From assembly GCA_049570475.1 (NCBI GenBank), contig CP186953.1:608001-672000 (forward strand): DNA of 64,000 nt, read 5' to 3'. Of this stretch, positions 9,867 to 19,856 are shown piece by piece; within the stretch, counting starts at the first letter, position 1; each line of letters opens with the position of its first letter. The stretch comes from Candidatus Methanosuratincola verstraetei (lineage in GTDB: Archaea; Thermoproteota; Methanomethylicia; Methanomethylicales; Methanomethylicaceae). The notes beneath the pieces are model-generated. The model was not told the origin of the DNA and made no database searches. It saw only the letters and a program-made list of their open reading frames with translations. A program made the position numbers and the translations under genes.

Positions 9867-11330
9867 TCATTCCCCGTACAGGACTTCCAAGAGGTACCTT
9901 ATGTAAGGCTGGAACTGCTCCATCCTCCGCTTGGAGACGAAGGCTGAGGATATCTCTGCGAGGTCGGACTTCTTCACTATGCCGAGCCGGGCGTAGCATA
10001 TCGCGGATATGGCCAGCACCAGCGGTCCGCCGATGTACCAAGGGAACTGGAGGAGCCACGCAGGAACCGCGGCCGCGATCGGGATCAAGGAGACGAGCAG
10101 GGAGCTCCTCCACCCCACAGAGTAGCCGATCGGCTTGGCCATGAAGTAGACCGCGGCAGTCGCGACGAAGAATCCGAGCACATAGGATAGGGCCGCGCCG
10201 TTCTCGCCCCAGGCGAATACCATTAACGGGTAAAGGATGAGCCTGGGCAGGTTGTAGGCGAAGCCGAGGATGGTAACGTCCCGGTATCTCCCGTAGGCGT
10301 ATATGAGGGAGCTGAAGCCCGACGGTATCGGCGAGACGAAGGCTGCCAGGAGGAGGATCTGGAGCGCAGTGGATGACCCGACGTACTCGGGCCCCAGGAG
10401 GGAGAGCGGGACGCTGGGGTATGCGATCACGGCGGCCGCGAGCGGGGCTACGATGGCGCTGGTCAGCAGGATCGCCCGGTACGTCGCACGCTTCCGCCCG
10501 TCTTCCATCCCGCTCAGGACTGGGAACATCAGCCCGAGGAGGGAGAGGGGGAGGGAGAAGACTATGCTGGCTATGACGAACGCGACGTAGTAAGTGCCCG
10601 CCTCCAAGTTCCCGGAGATCCCGTAGACGCCGAGGACCCCGAACCACGAGCCCGCAGTCGCGACGAGCGAAGGGATCCATGAGGGGAGGCCCGTCCGGAC
10701 CGCCTCTGCGGCTGACTTTGAGGAGGGGGCGCTCAAGCGGACCTCGCCGCGCAGCGCGAGGTACATCCCGAGGTTCTGCACAGCGGACGATACGATGTAC
10801 GCCGCCATCACCCCAGCGAAGGACCAGCCGAGGTAGAGGAGCAGTATCCCGATAGCCAGGCGGAGGATGCTCGCGCCCATCGCAGAGAGGGCGATGACGC
10901 TCGTCCTGAGGCTTGCGTTGTAGTAGGCCTGGAGGACGGGGAGTGAGGAAGAGAGGAGGATGAGCACGGTGACGTAGGGGACCTCGAAGTCGGGTATCGA
11001 GAAGAATCCCCCCAGCAGGTACACGAGCACGGCTGCCACCGCGCTGAGGAGGATCGAGAGGGAGAGGCTCGAGAAGAGGTGGACGCTGACCTTGTCGCGC
11101 TCCCCATGGCCGAGCGCCCTCCCGACCATCCGGGTCAGCCCGGAGGAGATCCCGAGGCCGAAGACGCTGCTCACGACCGAGACTATGCCCACCACCGCGG
11201 CGGCGTCGCCTATCACTGCTGCCCCAACGAACCTAGTCGCGACGAGCCAGTAGACGAAGCCCAAAAAGTTGCCTACCAGCCCCGAGACGTACAGCCAGAG
11301 GCTCGACCGGATGACCTTGTTGAGGGACAT
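9867..11330 (-). CDS. Oligosaccharide flippase (Wzx/MOP family)
   Basis: 487 aa with about 12-14 hydrophobic segments; AGTYYVA, LLGPEY and GENGAAL patterns. Confidence 0.8.
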   Translation of the reverse strand: MSLNKVIRSSLWLYVSGLVGNFLGFVYWLVATRFVGAAVIGDAAAVVGIVSVVSSVFGLGISSGLTRMVGRALGHGERDKVSVHLFSSLSLSILLSAVAAVLVYLLGGFFSIPDFEVPYVTVLILLSSSLPVLQAYYNASLRTSVIALSAMGASILRLAIGILLLYLGWSFAGVMAAYIVSSAVQNLGMYLALRGEVRLSAPSSKSAAEAVRTGLPSWIPSLVATAGSWFGVLGVYGISGNLEAGTYYVAFVIASIVFSLPLSLLGLMFPVLSGMEDGRKRATYRAILLTSAIVAPLAAAVIAYPSVPLSLLGPEYVGSSTALQILLLAAFVSPIPSGFSSLIYAYGRYRDVTILGFAYNLPRLILYPLMVFAWGENGAALSYVLGFFVATAAVYFMAKPIGYSVGWRSSLLVSLIPIAAAVPAWLLQFPWYIGGPLVLAISAICYARLGIVKKSDLAEISSAFVSKRRMEQFQPYIRYLLEVLYGE

Positions 11331-11496
11331 GGGCGACCGCTCGCTAGCTTGTTTGATCAGCCGATTGCTTCATTCGACGCTCTGACGATATCTGTCCTGG
11401 TCGGATTTATCCTTTCCCAGTACCCCCAATTTGGAGGGCGCCGAGGGTGCCCAAAGGTTATTAGCAATACAGCCGGAGATTCAATTGTGAGGGGAA

Positions 11497-11652
11497 ATGT
11501 GCGAAAGGACAGGCGATCTGCCCAAGGCAATATGCCCAGTATGCCTCTCGAGCGACGTGATCGAGATTGACGGGTCGCAGACGAGGATGAAGTGCACGCG
11601 CTGCGGTTATGCAGGGGAGAAGGACCTGTTCTGGACGAGGACAAACGAGTGA
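11497..11652 (+). CDS. 51-aa zinc-ribbon microprotein
   Basis: Below the ORF-track cut-off. MCERTGDLPKAICPVCLSSDVIEIDGSQTRMKCTRCGYAGEKDLFWTRTNE has CPxC and CxxCG motifs. GTGAGGGG lies just upstream and an AAAGGTTATTA TATA-like box further upstream. Confidence 0.75.
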   Translation: MCERTGDLPKAICPVCLSSDVIEIDGSQTRMKCTRCGYAGEKDLFWTRTNE

Positions 11653-11751
11653 AATCAGGGCTCGACTGAATGCGCAGCATGCCGGAGCGGAGGGAGGCTG
11701 CATCGGGTAAGATCCGCCCCGGCAATGCAAACGGGGGTGGACTTGCTTTCC

Positions 11752-12921
11752 CTAGGCAGGGCGCTGCGACCTAAGACGGCCCCATATGCCTCTTGGCTTG
11801 CCCTTCGCAGTGCCATTTACCTTGCCATCCGCCTCGCCCGCGGCTTTCTCAGCCTGACCGACGGTCCCTGGGGCCGGCTCGACCCTTATCGTCTCAATGG
11901 GCTTCTCTGGGATGATGCCGCCTGGCTTGTAGATGAGGATGATTATCAGCGCGAGACCCAGGAGTATGAGGTCGAGCCACACGACGTCGAAAGGCAGGAA
12001 TGGGGCGAAGATGTCCTTGTAGAAGACTATCAGCTTCCTGACCGTGACGAACACGAACGTCCCAACTACCACGCCGAGGTTGTTTGCTGCGCCTCCCAGG
12101 ATTACCATTACCCAAGGCCAGAAGGTCCAGCTCACCCTCGAATAAGCGGTCGCGACCACGTTCGCCGTGTAGAAGGCGTAGAGTGCGCCGCCGATTGCCG
12201 CGATCGCAGCCGAGAAGATTATCACCTTTATCCGGTAGCTCCTTGCGTCCTTGCCCAGCGCGAGGGCGGAGTTCTCGTCGTCCCTGATCGCCCTCAGCAC
12301 CCTGCCGAGGGGGGAGTGCGTCAGCCTTTGGGCGTACAGGAAGACGACCAGCGCCATCAGGAGCATGAATGCGGTCACTGTGAGGTTCCGCATCTCCCCG
12401 CCGGAGAGCCCGAATATGCTGAAGTTCGAGGCCCAGCCGAACGGGTCAGGCGTCGCTATCCCGAGCGTCCCGCCGACGAGGGGAGGGAAGTTGTTCCCTA
12501 TGACCAGGAGGACCTCGCCCACCGCGAGGAAGGTCATGCCGAGGTAGTCCATCCTCAGCCTGGCGACGGGGGCAGACATCACCAGCCCGAGGAATGCCCC
12601 GAAGAGCACGACTGCGACCAGGGTGATCAGGAGGGTCCCGAGGGAGAGGGCTACGTCGCTGCTGAGGCGTGAGTTGATCGCGGTGATTATGAAGGCGTTC
12701 TGGGCGACGTAGTCCATGCCCTCGCCGACCCCCAGGAAGGCTGCGAGGAGCCTGCCGGGGAGGAGGCCGACCATGAAGGCGCCGCCGGCGACCGCCAGGG
12801 TCTTCCCGAAGTTGGGGACGCCTCCGAACCCGTACTCCAGGTTGAGGCTCAGGGTGACTATCACGTATGGCACGAAGGTAGCCAACAGATCCAAGAGGAA
12901 TAGGGCTTCGGGCGGGAGCAT
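11752..12921 (-). CDS. livM: Branched-chain amino acid ABC transporter permease (LivM-like)
   Basis: LSLNLEYGFGG, SPLGRVLRAIRDDE, ILGG; ATG 12921 follows a GGAGG SD. Confidence 0.9.
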   Translation of the reverse strand: MLPPEALFLLDLLATFVPYVIVTLSLNLEYGFGGVPNFGKTLAVAGGAFMVGLLPGRLLAAFLGVGEGMDYVAQNAFIITAINSRLSSDVALSLGTLLITLVAVVLFGAFLGLVMSAPVARLRMDYLGMTFLAVGEVLLVIGNNFPPLVGGTLGIATPDPFGWASNFSIFGLSGGEMRNLTVTAFMLLMALVVFLYAQRLTHSPLGRVLRAIRDDENSALALGKDARSYRIKVIIFSAAIAAIGGALYAFYTANVVATAYSRVSWTFWPWVMVILGGAANNLGVVVGTFVFVTVRKLIVFYKDIFAPFLPFDVVWLDLILLGLALIIILIYKPGGIIPEKPIETIRVEPAPGTVGQAEKAAGEADGKVNGTAKGKPRGIWGRLRSQRPA

Positions 12922-12928
12922 CGAAATC

Positions 12929-13870
12929 CTACCTCCTCCTGAACCTTGTTGCGAGCTTGCGGAAGTCCATCCCGGTGATCCCCCGCGGCGCAAGCATCAG
13001 GACTATGACCATCGCGAGCAGCGGTATGATCGGCCGGTAGGGTATCACCCAGGAGCCGAAGGGGGGTCCCATTGAAGCCAGAACCCTTATTATGAGGATC
13101 TCAGCGAAGCCGATCACGAACCCCCCTATCACCGCCCCGTAGATTTTGTAGATCCCGCCTATCACGGCGGCGGCGAATATGCTGATCAGGAGGTAGCTCC
13201 CCGTGTCGGGGTTCCCTATGAACCACAGGGGGAGCATGCTCCCCGCGATCCCTGCCAAGCCGCCCGCAATGAACCACGAGACCAGATAGACCAAGTTGGA
13301 GTTGATCCCGACTGTGCCTGCCAGGGGGGCGTTCTCTATAGTGGCGCGCATGGCGATCCCGAACTTGGTCCTGACGAGCAAGAAGTGGAGGGACGCTATT
13401 ATCGCAATGACCAAGAGGGGGGCGACGAGCACCACGCCCCTGATGTCCATAAAGGCGAAGTCGTAGGGCTTCAGCTGGAAATACCTCGACAGGATGAAGA
13501 AGCTCTTCGAGAGGTAGTCTGCCAGGATGTTTATGCTGGAGAGCAGCAGGAGCTCGAAGGCTATGGTGGCAACCATCATCGTCGTTATTGACGCGTTCCT
13601 CCTGTCCAGCGGCCTCATCACGAGGACGTATTGGAGGACCCCGACGAGCCCCGTTATCAGGAAGGCGGGGATTATGCTTGCATAGATGTTTGCGCCCAGC
13701 ACCCTCGTGACGATCAGGCTCAGGTATATCCCCACAGTGCCCAGGCTCCCGTGCGCGAAGTTGGGGACCTTCGTGGTCAGGTAGGTGAGGGTCAGGCCCA
13801 TGGTGAGGAGGGTCAGGAGGCTTGAGAAGACCACGGCATCCAGCAACACATTGATGTCCAGCAAAGGCAT
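12929..13870 (-). CDS. livH: Branched-chain amino acid ABC transporter permease (LivH-like)
   Basis: GLTLTY...PNFAHG, TKFGIAMRA, APRGITG. Confidence 0.9.
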   Translation of the reverse strand: MPLLDINVLLDAVVFSSLLTLLTMGLTLTYLTTKVPNFAHGSLGTVGIYLSLIVTRVLGANIYASIIPAFLITGLVGVLQYVLVMRPLDRRNASITTMMVATIAFELLLLSSINILADYLSKSFFILSRYFQLKPYDFAFMDIRGVVLVAPLLVIAIIASLHFLLVRTKFGIAMRATIENAPLAGTVGINSNLVYLVSWFIAGGLAGIAGSMLPLWFIGNPDTGSYLLISIFAAAVIGGIYKIYGAVIGGFVIGFAEILIIRVLASMGPPFGSWVIPYRPIIPLLAMVIVLMLAPRGITGMDFRKLATRFRRR

Positions 13871-13932
13871 ACCATCCGTAATTGTCAGTTCTTATAAAAA
13901 TCTATATATGTTATCTTCGCAATTAATAAATC

Positions 13933-13956
13933 TATCTCTTAACAATGTAAGAGATA
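13933..13956. promoter_or_regulatory. Perfect 9-bp inverted repeat, putative operator of the liv divergon
   Basis: TATCTCTTA-acaatg-TAAGAGATA, between an AT-rich TATA region and the binding-protein start. Confidence 0.6.
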
Positions 13957-13962
13957 AAAGGA

Positions 13963-15255
13963 TTGGTGGTTTGTATTAGGAAAACTCGAGGAATCTCTAC
14001 AGCATTAGCAGCTGTAGCAATTGTGGCAATGCTGGTGGTAGGAATCGTAGGCGGATACCTTATCGCGCCGAAGACTACGACGGTTTCCGGAGGGCTCAGC
14101 GGGGAGATACTCATCGGAGCCCCACTCCCGCTGACTGGAGTGCTCGGCACCTACGGGGAGAACGCCAGGGTGGCCCTCCAGCTAGCCGAGAGCGAGATCA
14201 ACGCGATGCTGAACGCGACCAACGCAGGCTACAGGATAAAGATACTCTTCGAGGACACGGAGACTAAGCCCGATATCGCGCTGCAGAAGGTCCAGTCGCT
14301 CGCAGCGAAGGGCTGCAAGGTCATGCTCGGGCTCTACTCGAGCGGCGAGGTGAGGAACTGCAGGACTTACGCGGAAACGAACAAGATACTGCTCATCTCG
14401 CCGTCCTCGACCGCCCCCGACCTCGCGATACCAAACGACTTCATCTTCAGGTTCTGCCCGTCCGACGACAAGCAGGGCCCTGCGATGGCAATGGGCATGT
14501 ACAGCAAGGGCATCAGGTACATCGTCTGCATGTGGAGGGGCGACACCTACGGTGACGGTCTTGTAAACGCGACCAAGACCAGGTTCCAGCAGCTCGGGGG
14601 GAGCTTCTCCTCTTCCCAGGACATCAGGTACAACCAGGACGCCAAGGAGTTCTCGACCGAGGTCGCAACGCTCGCTAATTACGTGCAGTCAGCCGTCAAC
14701 ACCTACGGCGCAGACAAGGTTGCGGTCTACGCAGTGACGTTCGAGGAGATCACCGCAATCATGAGCGCGGCGAGCCAGTACCCGGTCCTCTCCCAGGTCA
14801 AGTGGTTCGGGTGCGACGGTTCTGCGCTCTCGGAGCAGCTGACGAGCGACCCGATCGCGGCGAACTTCGCAGTCCAGGTGAGCTTCGATTCCACGTACTT
14901 CGCCCCTGCCGAGTCTGAGAACCTGATCAAGGTCAGGGACTACATCCAGCAGAGGCTCGGGAGGACTGCGGATCCGTACGCGTACGGCATCTACGACGAG
15001 CTCTACGTGGTCGTGAAGGCAATGGGCCTTGCGGGCAAGTACGACGGCCAAGCCATACAGAAGGTCATATCTCCGGTCGCGAAGGTGACGTTCGGCGCCA
15101 GCGGCTGGTGCAAGCTCAACCCGGCGGGGGACAGGGACATCGCGGACTATGAGTTCTGGGCCCCGTACAGGGTCAACGCCACGACCTACAGCTGGTACAA
15201 GAGCGGGGTATACACGGCAACCTCGGACTCTGTGACTTGGTTCAGTCCGCCTTGA
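13963..15255 (+). CDS. Branched-chain amino acid ABC transporter substrate-binding protein
   Basis: N-terminal anchor; IGAPLPLTG, EDTETKP, ISPSSTAP, FIFRFCPSD. Confidence 0.92.
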   Translation: MVVCIRKTRGISTALAAVAIVAMLVVGIVGGYLIAPKTTTVSGGLSGEILIGAPLPLTGVLGTYGENARVALQLAESEINAMLNATNAGYRIKILFEDTETKPDIALQKVQSLAAKGCKVMLGLYSSGEVRNCRTYAETNKILLISPSSTAPDLAIPNDFIFRFCPSDDKQGPAMAMGMYSKGIRYIVCMWRGDTYGDGLVNATKTRFQQLGGSFSSSQDIRYNQDAKEFSTEVATLANYVQSAVNTYGADKVAVYAVTFEEITAIMSAASQYPVLSQVKWFGCDGSALSEQLTSDPIAANFAVQVSFDSTYFAPAESENLIKVRDYIQQRLGRTADPYAYGIYDELYVVVKAMGLAGKYDGQAIQKVISPVAKVTFGASGWCKLNPAGDRDIADYEFWAPYRVNATTYSWYKSGVYTATSDSVTWFSPP

Positions 15256-15288
15256 GGCGGGCTGAAAAATTCCCCTTTTTTATTATTA
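15243..15288 (+). terminator. Hairpin plus T-tract terminator after the binding-protein gene
   Basis: CAGTCCGCC-ttga-GGCGGGCTG followed by CCCCTTTTTTTATTATT. Confidence 0.55.
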
Positions 15289-15341
15289 TCATCATAGAAA
15301 CGCTAATATCCACCTTTCATGAAGTTAATTCAAACTGAAAA

Positions 15342-16118
15342 GTGATTGGTTTGTCCCTCCCCATACTCTCTACGAAGGGCGTTAGGAAGACTTTTGGGGG
15401 ACTGTGCGCGCTCAGCGGCGTCGACATCGAAGTGCAGCCAGGGACGATGACGATGCTCATCGGCCCGAACGGAAGCGGGAAGACGACCCTGCTCAACGTG
15501 ATATCAGGGTTCTACAGGCCGGACGGCGGGAAAGTCCTGTTCGAGGAGAGGGATATAACAGGGATGCGCCCGGAGAGGATCTCGAAGATGGGGCTCGTGA
15601 GGACGTTCCAGGTCCCCTCCCCGTTCCAGAAGCTCTCGGTGCTCGAGAACCTCCTCATTGCGGGGGACGGGAACCCGGGGGAGTCATTCATTCTCGCGCC
15701 GCTCAGGAAGGCGTGGGTGAAGAAGGAGAAGGAGATCTACGATAGGGCGCTGAAGAACCTCGAGCTCCTGAGTCTTACGCACCTATGGGACAAGCCCGCG
15801 GGCACGCTGAGCGGTGGTCAGCTCAAGCTGCTTGAGGTGGGCAGGGCCCTGATGACCGGGGCGAGGCTGATAATGATGGACGAGCCAGCGTCCGGGCTGA
15901 ACCCGACCCTGGCGCACAAGGTGTTCGAGCACCTTGACCGGGTGAAGAAGGAGACCGGGCTGACGTTCCTGATAATAGAGCACAGGCTGGACATCGCCCT
16001 CCAGTACGTCGACTATGTGTATGCTATGGCCAGCGGGCAGGTAATTGCCCACGGGAAGGGGGACGAGGTGATGGCGAATCCTAAGGTGATTGAGGGGTAC
16101 CTCGGGAGTGCTGAGTGA
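15342..16118 (+). CDS. livG: ABC ATP-binding protein (LivG-like)
   Basis: GPNGSGKTT, GLVRTFQ, LSGGQ, MMDEP, IEH. Confidence 0.92.
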   Translation: MIGLSLPILSTKGVRKTFGGLCALSGVDIEVQPGTMTMLIGPNGSGKTTLLNVISGFYRPDGGKVLFEERDITGMRPERISKMGLVRTFQVPSPFQKLSVLENLLIAGDGNPGESFILAPLRKAWVKKEKEIYDRALKNLELLSLTHLWDKPAGTLSGGQLKLLEVGRALMTGARLIMMDEPASGLNPTLAHKVFEHLDRVKKETGLTFLIIEHRLDIALQYVDYVYAMASGQVIAHGKGDEVMANPKVIEGYLGSAE

Positions 16119-16121
16119 TCG

Positions 16122-16862
16122 GTGATAGAGCTCCAGGGAGTCAACGCCGGCTACGGCAAATTCCACGTCCTGTTCGACATTAACGTGCACTTCGAGAAGG
16201 AGAAGCTCACGGTCGTGGTCGGCCCGAACGGCTCGGGGAAGAGCACGGTGCTGAAGACCATATTCGGGCTGACGAGCGTCTACTCGGGGAAGGTCATCTT
16301 CAAGGGGGAGGAGATCACCGGGACGCCCCCCCATGCGGTCGCCAAGAGGGGGATAGCCTACGTGCCGCAGGTCGGCAACATCTTCGGCAACCTCACTGTG
16401 AAGGAGAACCTCATAATGGCGGGGTACACGCTCCCGAAGGAAAGGGTCGAGGCAGGCGTCAGGGAAGTGACCGGGTTCTACCCCTTCCTCAGGGACTTCT
16501 TCAACAGGAAGGCGGGAACGATGAGCGGGGGGGAGAGGCAGATGCTGGCAATGGCGATGGCGCTCATGAGGAAGCCCGAGGTGATGCTCTTCGACGAGCC
16601 GACGGCGAACCTGTCGCCCAAGATGTCCACCGACGTCCTGGATGAGATCAAGAAGCTGAGGGACGAGCTCGGGATAACCGTGATCCTCGTGGAGCAGAAC
16701 GCGGTCAAGGCCCTCAAGTGCGGCGACAGGGCGATCCTTCTGGTGGGGGGGAAGGTCAATTTCGACGGGACGCCAGACGAGCTGCTGAGCTCGCCGGAGA
16801 TCGGGTCGCTCTACCTCGGGATCAAGAAGCCTGAGGCGGCTGGGAGCCCAACCGGGGCCTAG
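16122..16862 (+). CDS. livF: ABC ATP-binding protein (LivF-like)
   Basis: GPNGSGKST, MSGGERQMLAMA, LFDEP, VEQN. Confidence 0.92.
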   Translation: MIELQGVNAGYGKFHVLFDINVHFEKEKLTVVVGPNGSGKSTVLKTIFGLTSVYSGKVIFKGEEITGTPPHAVAKRGIAYVPQVGNIFGNLTVKENLIMAGYTLPKERVEAGVREVTGFYPFLRDFFNRKAGTMSGGERQMLAMAMALMRKPEVMLFDEPTANLSPKMSTDVLDEIKKLRDELGITVILVEQNAVKALKCGDRAILLVGGKVNFDGTPDELLSSPEIGSLYLGIKKPEAAGSPTGA

Positions 16863-16925
16863 CCCGGGAGGAGAGGCCCGATTCCCCGGTTCTGGGAGGG
16901 CGGGGGCTGGCTTGGCGGCAGCCTG

Positions 16926-17819
16926 GTGCTGGCTTCGGCGGTTGCGTTCGGCTTCCTGCCCATCTTCGCCAGGCTCGCCTACTCGGGAGGGGCGGGCACA
17001 TGGGGGCTGCTATTCGTAAGGTTCTCGACCGCCTTCGTGCTCCTCGGGGCGATCCTCGCGGCGAGGGGCGGGATCAAGGTGCCTGGCAGGGGGAGGCTGG
17101 CTACGCTGCTCCTGCTCGGGGCGGCGGGGTACTTCCTCCAGTCCACGCTCTACTTCACTGCCCTGCTTTATGCCCCTGTCTCGGTCGTAGCGCTGATCCT
17201 CTACACTTACCCCGTCTTCGTCACTGCAGCTTCATTCTCGCTCGGATTCGAGAGGCCCTCCGCACGCCTGCTGGTCGCGCTGGCGGCGGCGATGTCGGGC
17301 ATAGTGCTTGTGGCTGATCCGGTCATGGAGGGATCGGCGACAGGGGTCCTCCTAGCGCTCGGCGCCTCGGTGGTCTACACATTCTACATAGTCATCAGCA
17401 GCAGGGTGCTGAGGGAGGTGAGCGGGGAGCTCTCCACATTCTACGTGGTCGGCGGGGCAGCGGTCAGCTTCGGGGTCGTCGGGTCGCTCACGGGGGGCCT
17501 CTCGTTCGGGTGGGGGCAGGACACCTGGGTCTGGGCGATACTGATCGCGGTCATACCAACGGTCTTGGCGCTGACATTCTTCTTCAAAGGGCTCGCGATC
17601 GTCGGCCCAATGCGCGCCTCGATCCTGAGCACTGCGGAGATCGTGACCTCGGTGGCGGCGACCTCGGCGATATTCGGGGAGGGGCTCTCGCCGCTGCAGG
17701 CATTGGGCGGGGGGGTAATCATAGCGGCATCGCTGCTGGCTGCGATAGAAGGGAGGAGACCGACGGGAAGACCCCGGCATCCAAGGCAGGAAGCCTTGTC
17801 TCGAAATCTCAACATTTGA
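16926..17819 (+). CDS. EamA/DMT family transporter
   Basis: About 10 TM segments in two repeats; LYTYP, ASILSTAE, FGE motifs. Confidence 0.88.
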   Translation: MLASAVAFGFLPIFARLAYSGGAGTWGLLFVRFSTAFVLLGAILAARGGIKVPGRGRLATLLLLGAAGYFLQSTLYFTALLYAPVSVVALILYTYPVFVTAASFSLGFERPSARLLVALAAAMSGIVLVADPVMEGSATGVLLALGASVVYTFYIVISSRVLREVSGELSTFYVVGGAAVSFGVVGSLTGGLSFGWGQDTWVWAILIAVIPTVLALTFFFKGLAIVGPMRASILSTAEIVTSVAATSAIFGEGLSPLQALGGGVIIAASLLAAIEGRRPTGRPRHPRQEALSRNLNI

Positions 17820-17939
17820 TAATGAATATTGACTTGTTTCAAATAATGCCGCTAAGAGAAGGTGCGGTAGATTAAGCCCTGGTCAAATTAAGCTTGGAAA
17901 AAGCCAAGATTTATTATTTTACCGGGCATAGTATTAGAC

Positions 17940-19856
17940 ATGGTCTTGAAAGACGTCGTATCGCCGAACAAGGGAAAGGCTTTCATGCTCTGCAACGAGG
18001 CGATAGCGAGGGGCGCTATCGAGGCCGACGTCAAGGTGGTCGCATTCTACCCCGGCGCCCCTACCTCCGAGATCCTGGACACATTCTCGGAGGCGCTCGG
18101 GAGCTTCGACTACCATATGCAGATCGCGACCAATGAGAAGGTCGCGCTTGAGATATGCGCGGGGGCATCGTTCGCGGGGTTCAGGAGCCTCACCGCAATG
18201 AAGAGCGTCGGCATGAACGTCGCCTCAGACACGCTCTTCGTCCTGGGGTACACGGGGGTCAGGGGCGGCATGGTGATAGTGATGGCGGACGATCCACACG
18301 CCCACTCCTCCCAGTCTGAGCAGGACGGGAGGTTCTTCGCCCCCAACTCCTACATCCCGATGCTCGAGCCAGCCACCGCCCAAGAGGCGAAGGACATGGT
18401 CAAGGAGGCCTTCTCCATCTCCGAGAGGCACAGGGTCCCAGTGATAGTCAGGACGGTCACGAGGGTGAACCACCAGAGCGGGGTCGTTGAGCTGGAAGAG
18501 ATCAGGAGGAGCGGGTTCAGCAGAGCCAGGTGGAGGGATCTCAAGGAGGAGTACCTCACCCTCGGGGAGGTCGCCAGGAGGAAGAAGCTGAGGATGCTCG
18601 AGAGGAGGGCGAGCCTCGAGGGGGAGTTCGAGAAGTCAGCGTTCAACCACGTCCTGGGCGGGGACGCGGGGGCTGGGACGGGGATCGTGACCTCCTCGGT
18701 CGCCTACCTGCACGTCCTCGAGGCGCTCAAAAACCTCGGGATCTCGGGGAAGGTCCCAGTGCTGAAGCTGGGGACAACTTACCCGGTGCCCAGGAGGCTG
18801 GTCGCGGGATTCCTGAAGGGGCTCGGGGGCGCAGTCGTCGTCGAGGAGCTCTCGCCCTACCTCGAGAACGAGGTTGCGATAATCGCCAAGGACGAGAACC
18901 CAGGTTTGCGCATATTCGGTAAGAGGAGCGGCCACTTCTCGGAGGCATGGGAGCTCAACCCGGACCTCGTAGCCAAGGGATTGGCTTCGGCGCTGGGAGT
19001 CCCCTACGAGGACAAGTCTGGGATCGTCGAGGAGGCGAGGGCGCTCAAGGAGGGTATGCCGGAGAGGTACCCGACCTTCTGCCCCGGGTGCCCGCACCGG
19101 GGCACATTCGCCGCGCTGAGCCAGGCGCTCAGGGCCCTCAGCGCCAGCGGCAAGGGATACTACTTCGCGAACGACATCGGGTGCTACTCGATGTGGGTTT
19201 TCCCGCCCATCTCGAATGCGGACAGCTCGCTATGCATGGGGGCGTCCGTCGGAATAGCAAACGGGCTTAGCAACGTCGTCGAGGAGCGGGTTGTGGCGGT
19301 TGTCGGCGACTCGACATTCTACCACGCCGCGCTGCCCGCGATCCTCAACGCGATACACAACAGGAACAGGTTCACGCTGCTGGTGCTGGACAACTCGGTC
19401 ACAGCCATGACAGGTCAGCAGCCGAACCTCTCCACGGAGTTCACGGCAGGGTGGAGGGAGGGGAAGAGGGTCCCCATCGAGGACATCTGCAGGGCTGCCG
19501 GTGCCGAGTTCGTCGAGGTGATAGACGCCTACCAGGTGAAGGAGAACGTCCCGGTGATCAGGAGGGCGCTCGAGCACGACGGGCTTGCCATAGTGGTCTC
19601 GAGGAGGGAGTGCGCGCTCTACGGGGACAGGAGGAAGAGGAGGAGAGGGGAGAAGATAACCCCGTTCTACGTCGACAAGTCGGCATGCAGGAGGCCCTAC
19701 GCGTGCATACGGGACGTCTATTGCCCAGCGCACGAGATCGACGGGGACGGGCAGCCGAGGATCTCGCCCGAGCTCTGCGACGGGTGCTCGGTCTGCTCGA
19801 GGGTGTGCGCTTTCGGGTCTATAAGGAGGGCGGAGACGGAGGGCGAGAGGAGATGA
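17940..19856 (+). CDS. iorA: Indolepyruvate:ferredoxin oxidoreductase alpha subunit
   Basis: NEAIARGA, YPGAPTSEI, NEKVALE, SSQSEQD, CPGCPHR, DIGC, GDST...DN TPP motif, C-terminal ferredoxin domain. Confidence 0.95.
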   Translation: MVLKDVVSPNKGKAFMLCNEAIARGAIEADVKVVAFYPGAPTSEILDTFSEALGSFDYHMQIATNEKVALEICAGASFAGFRSLTAMKSVGMNVASDTLFVLGYTGVRGGMVIVMADDPHAHSSQSEQDGRFFAPNSYIPMLEPATAQEAKDMVKEAFSISERHRVPVIVRTVTRVNHQSGVVELEEIRRSGFSRARWRDLKEEYLTLGEVARRKKLRMLERRASLEGEFEKSAFNHVLGGDAGAGTGIVTSSVAYLHVLEALKNLGISGKVPVLKLGTTYPVPRRLVAGFLKGLGGAVVVEELSPYLENEVAIIAKDENPGLRIFGKRSGHFSEAWELNPDLVAKGLASALGVPYEDKSGIVEEARALKEGMPERYPTFCPGCPHRGTFAALSQALRALSASGKGYYFANDIGCYSMWVFPPISNADSSLCMGASVGIANGLSNVVEERVVAVVGDSTFYHAALPAILNAIHNRNRFTLLVLDNSVTAMTGQQPNLSTEFTAGWREGKRVPIEDICRAAGAEFVEVIDAYQVKENVPVIRRALEHDGLAIVVSRRECALYGDRRKRRRGEKITPFYVDKSACRRPYACIRDVYCPAHEIDGDGQPRISPELCDGCSVCSRVCAFGSIRRAETEGERR

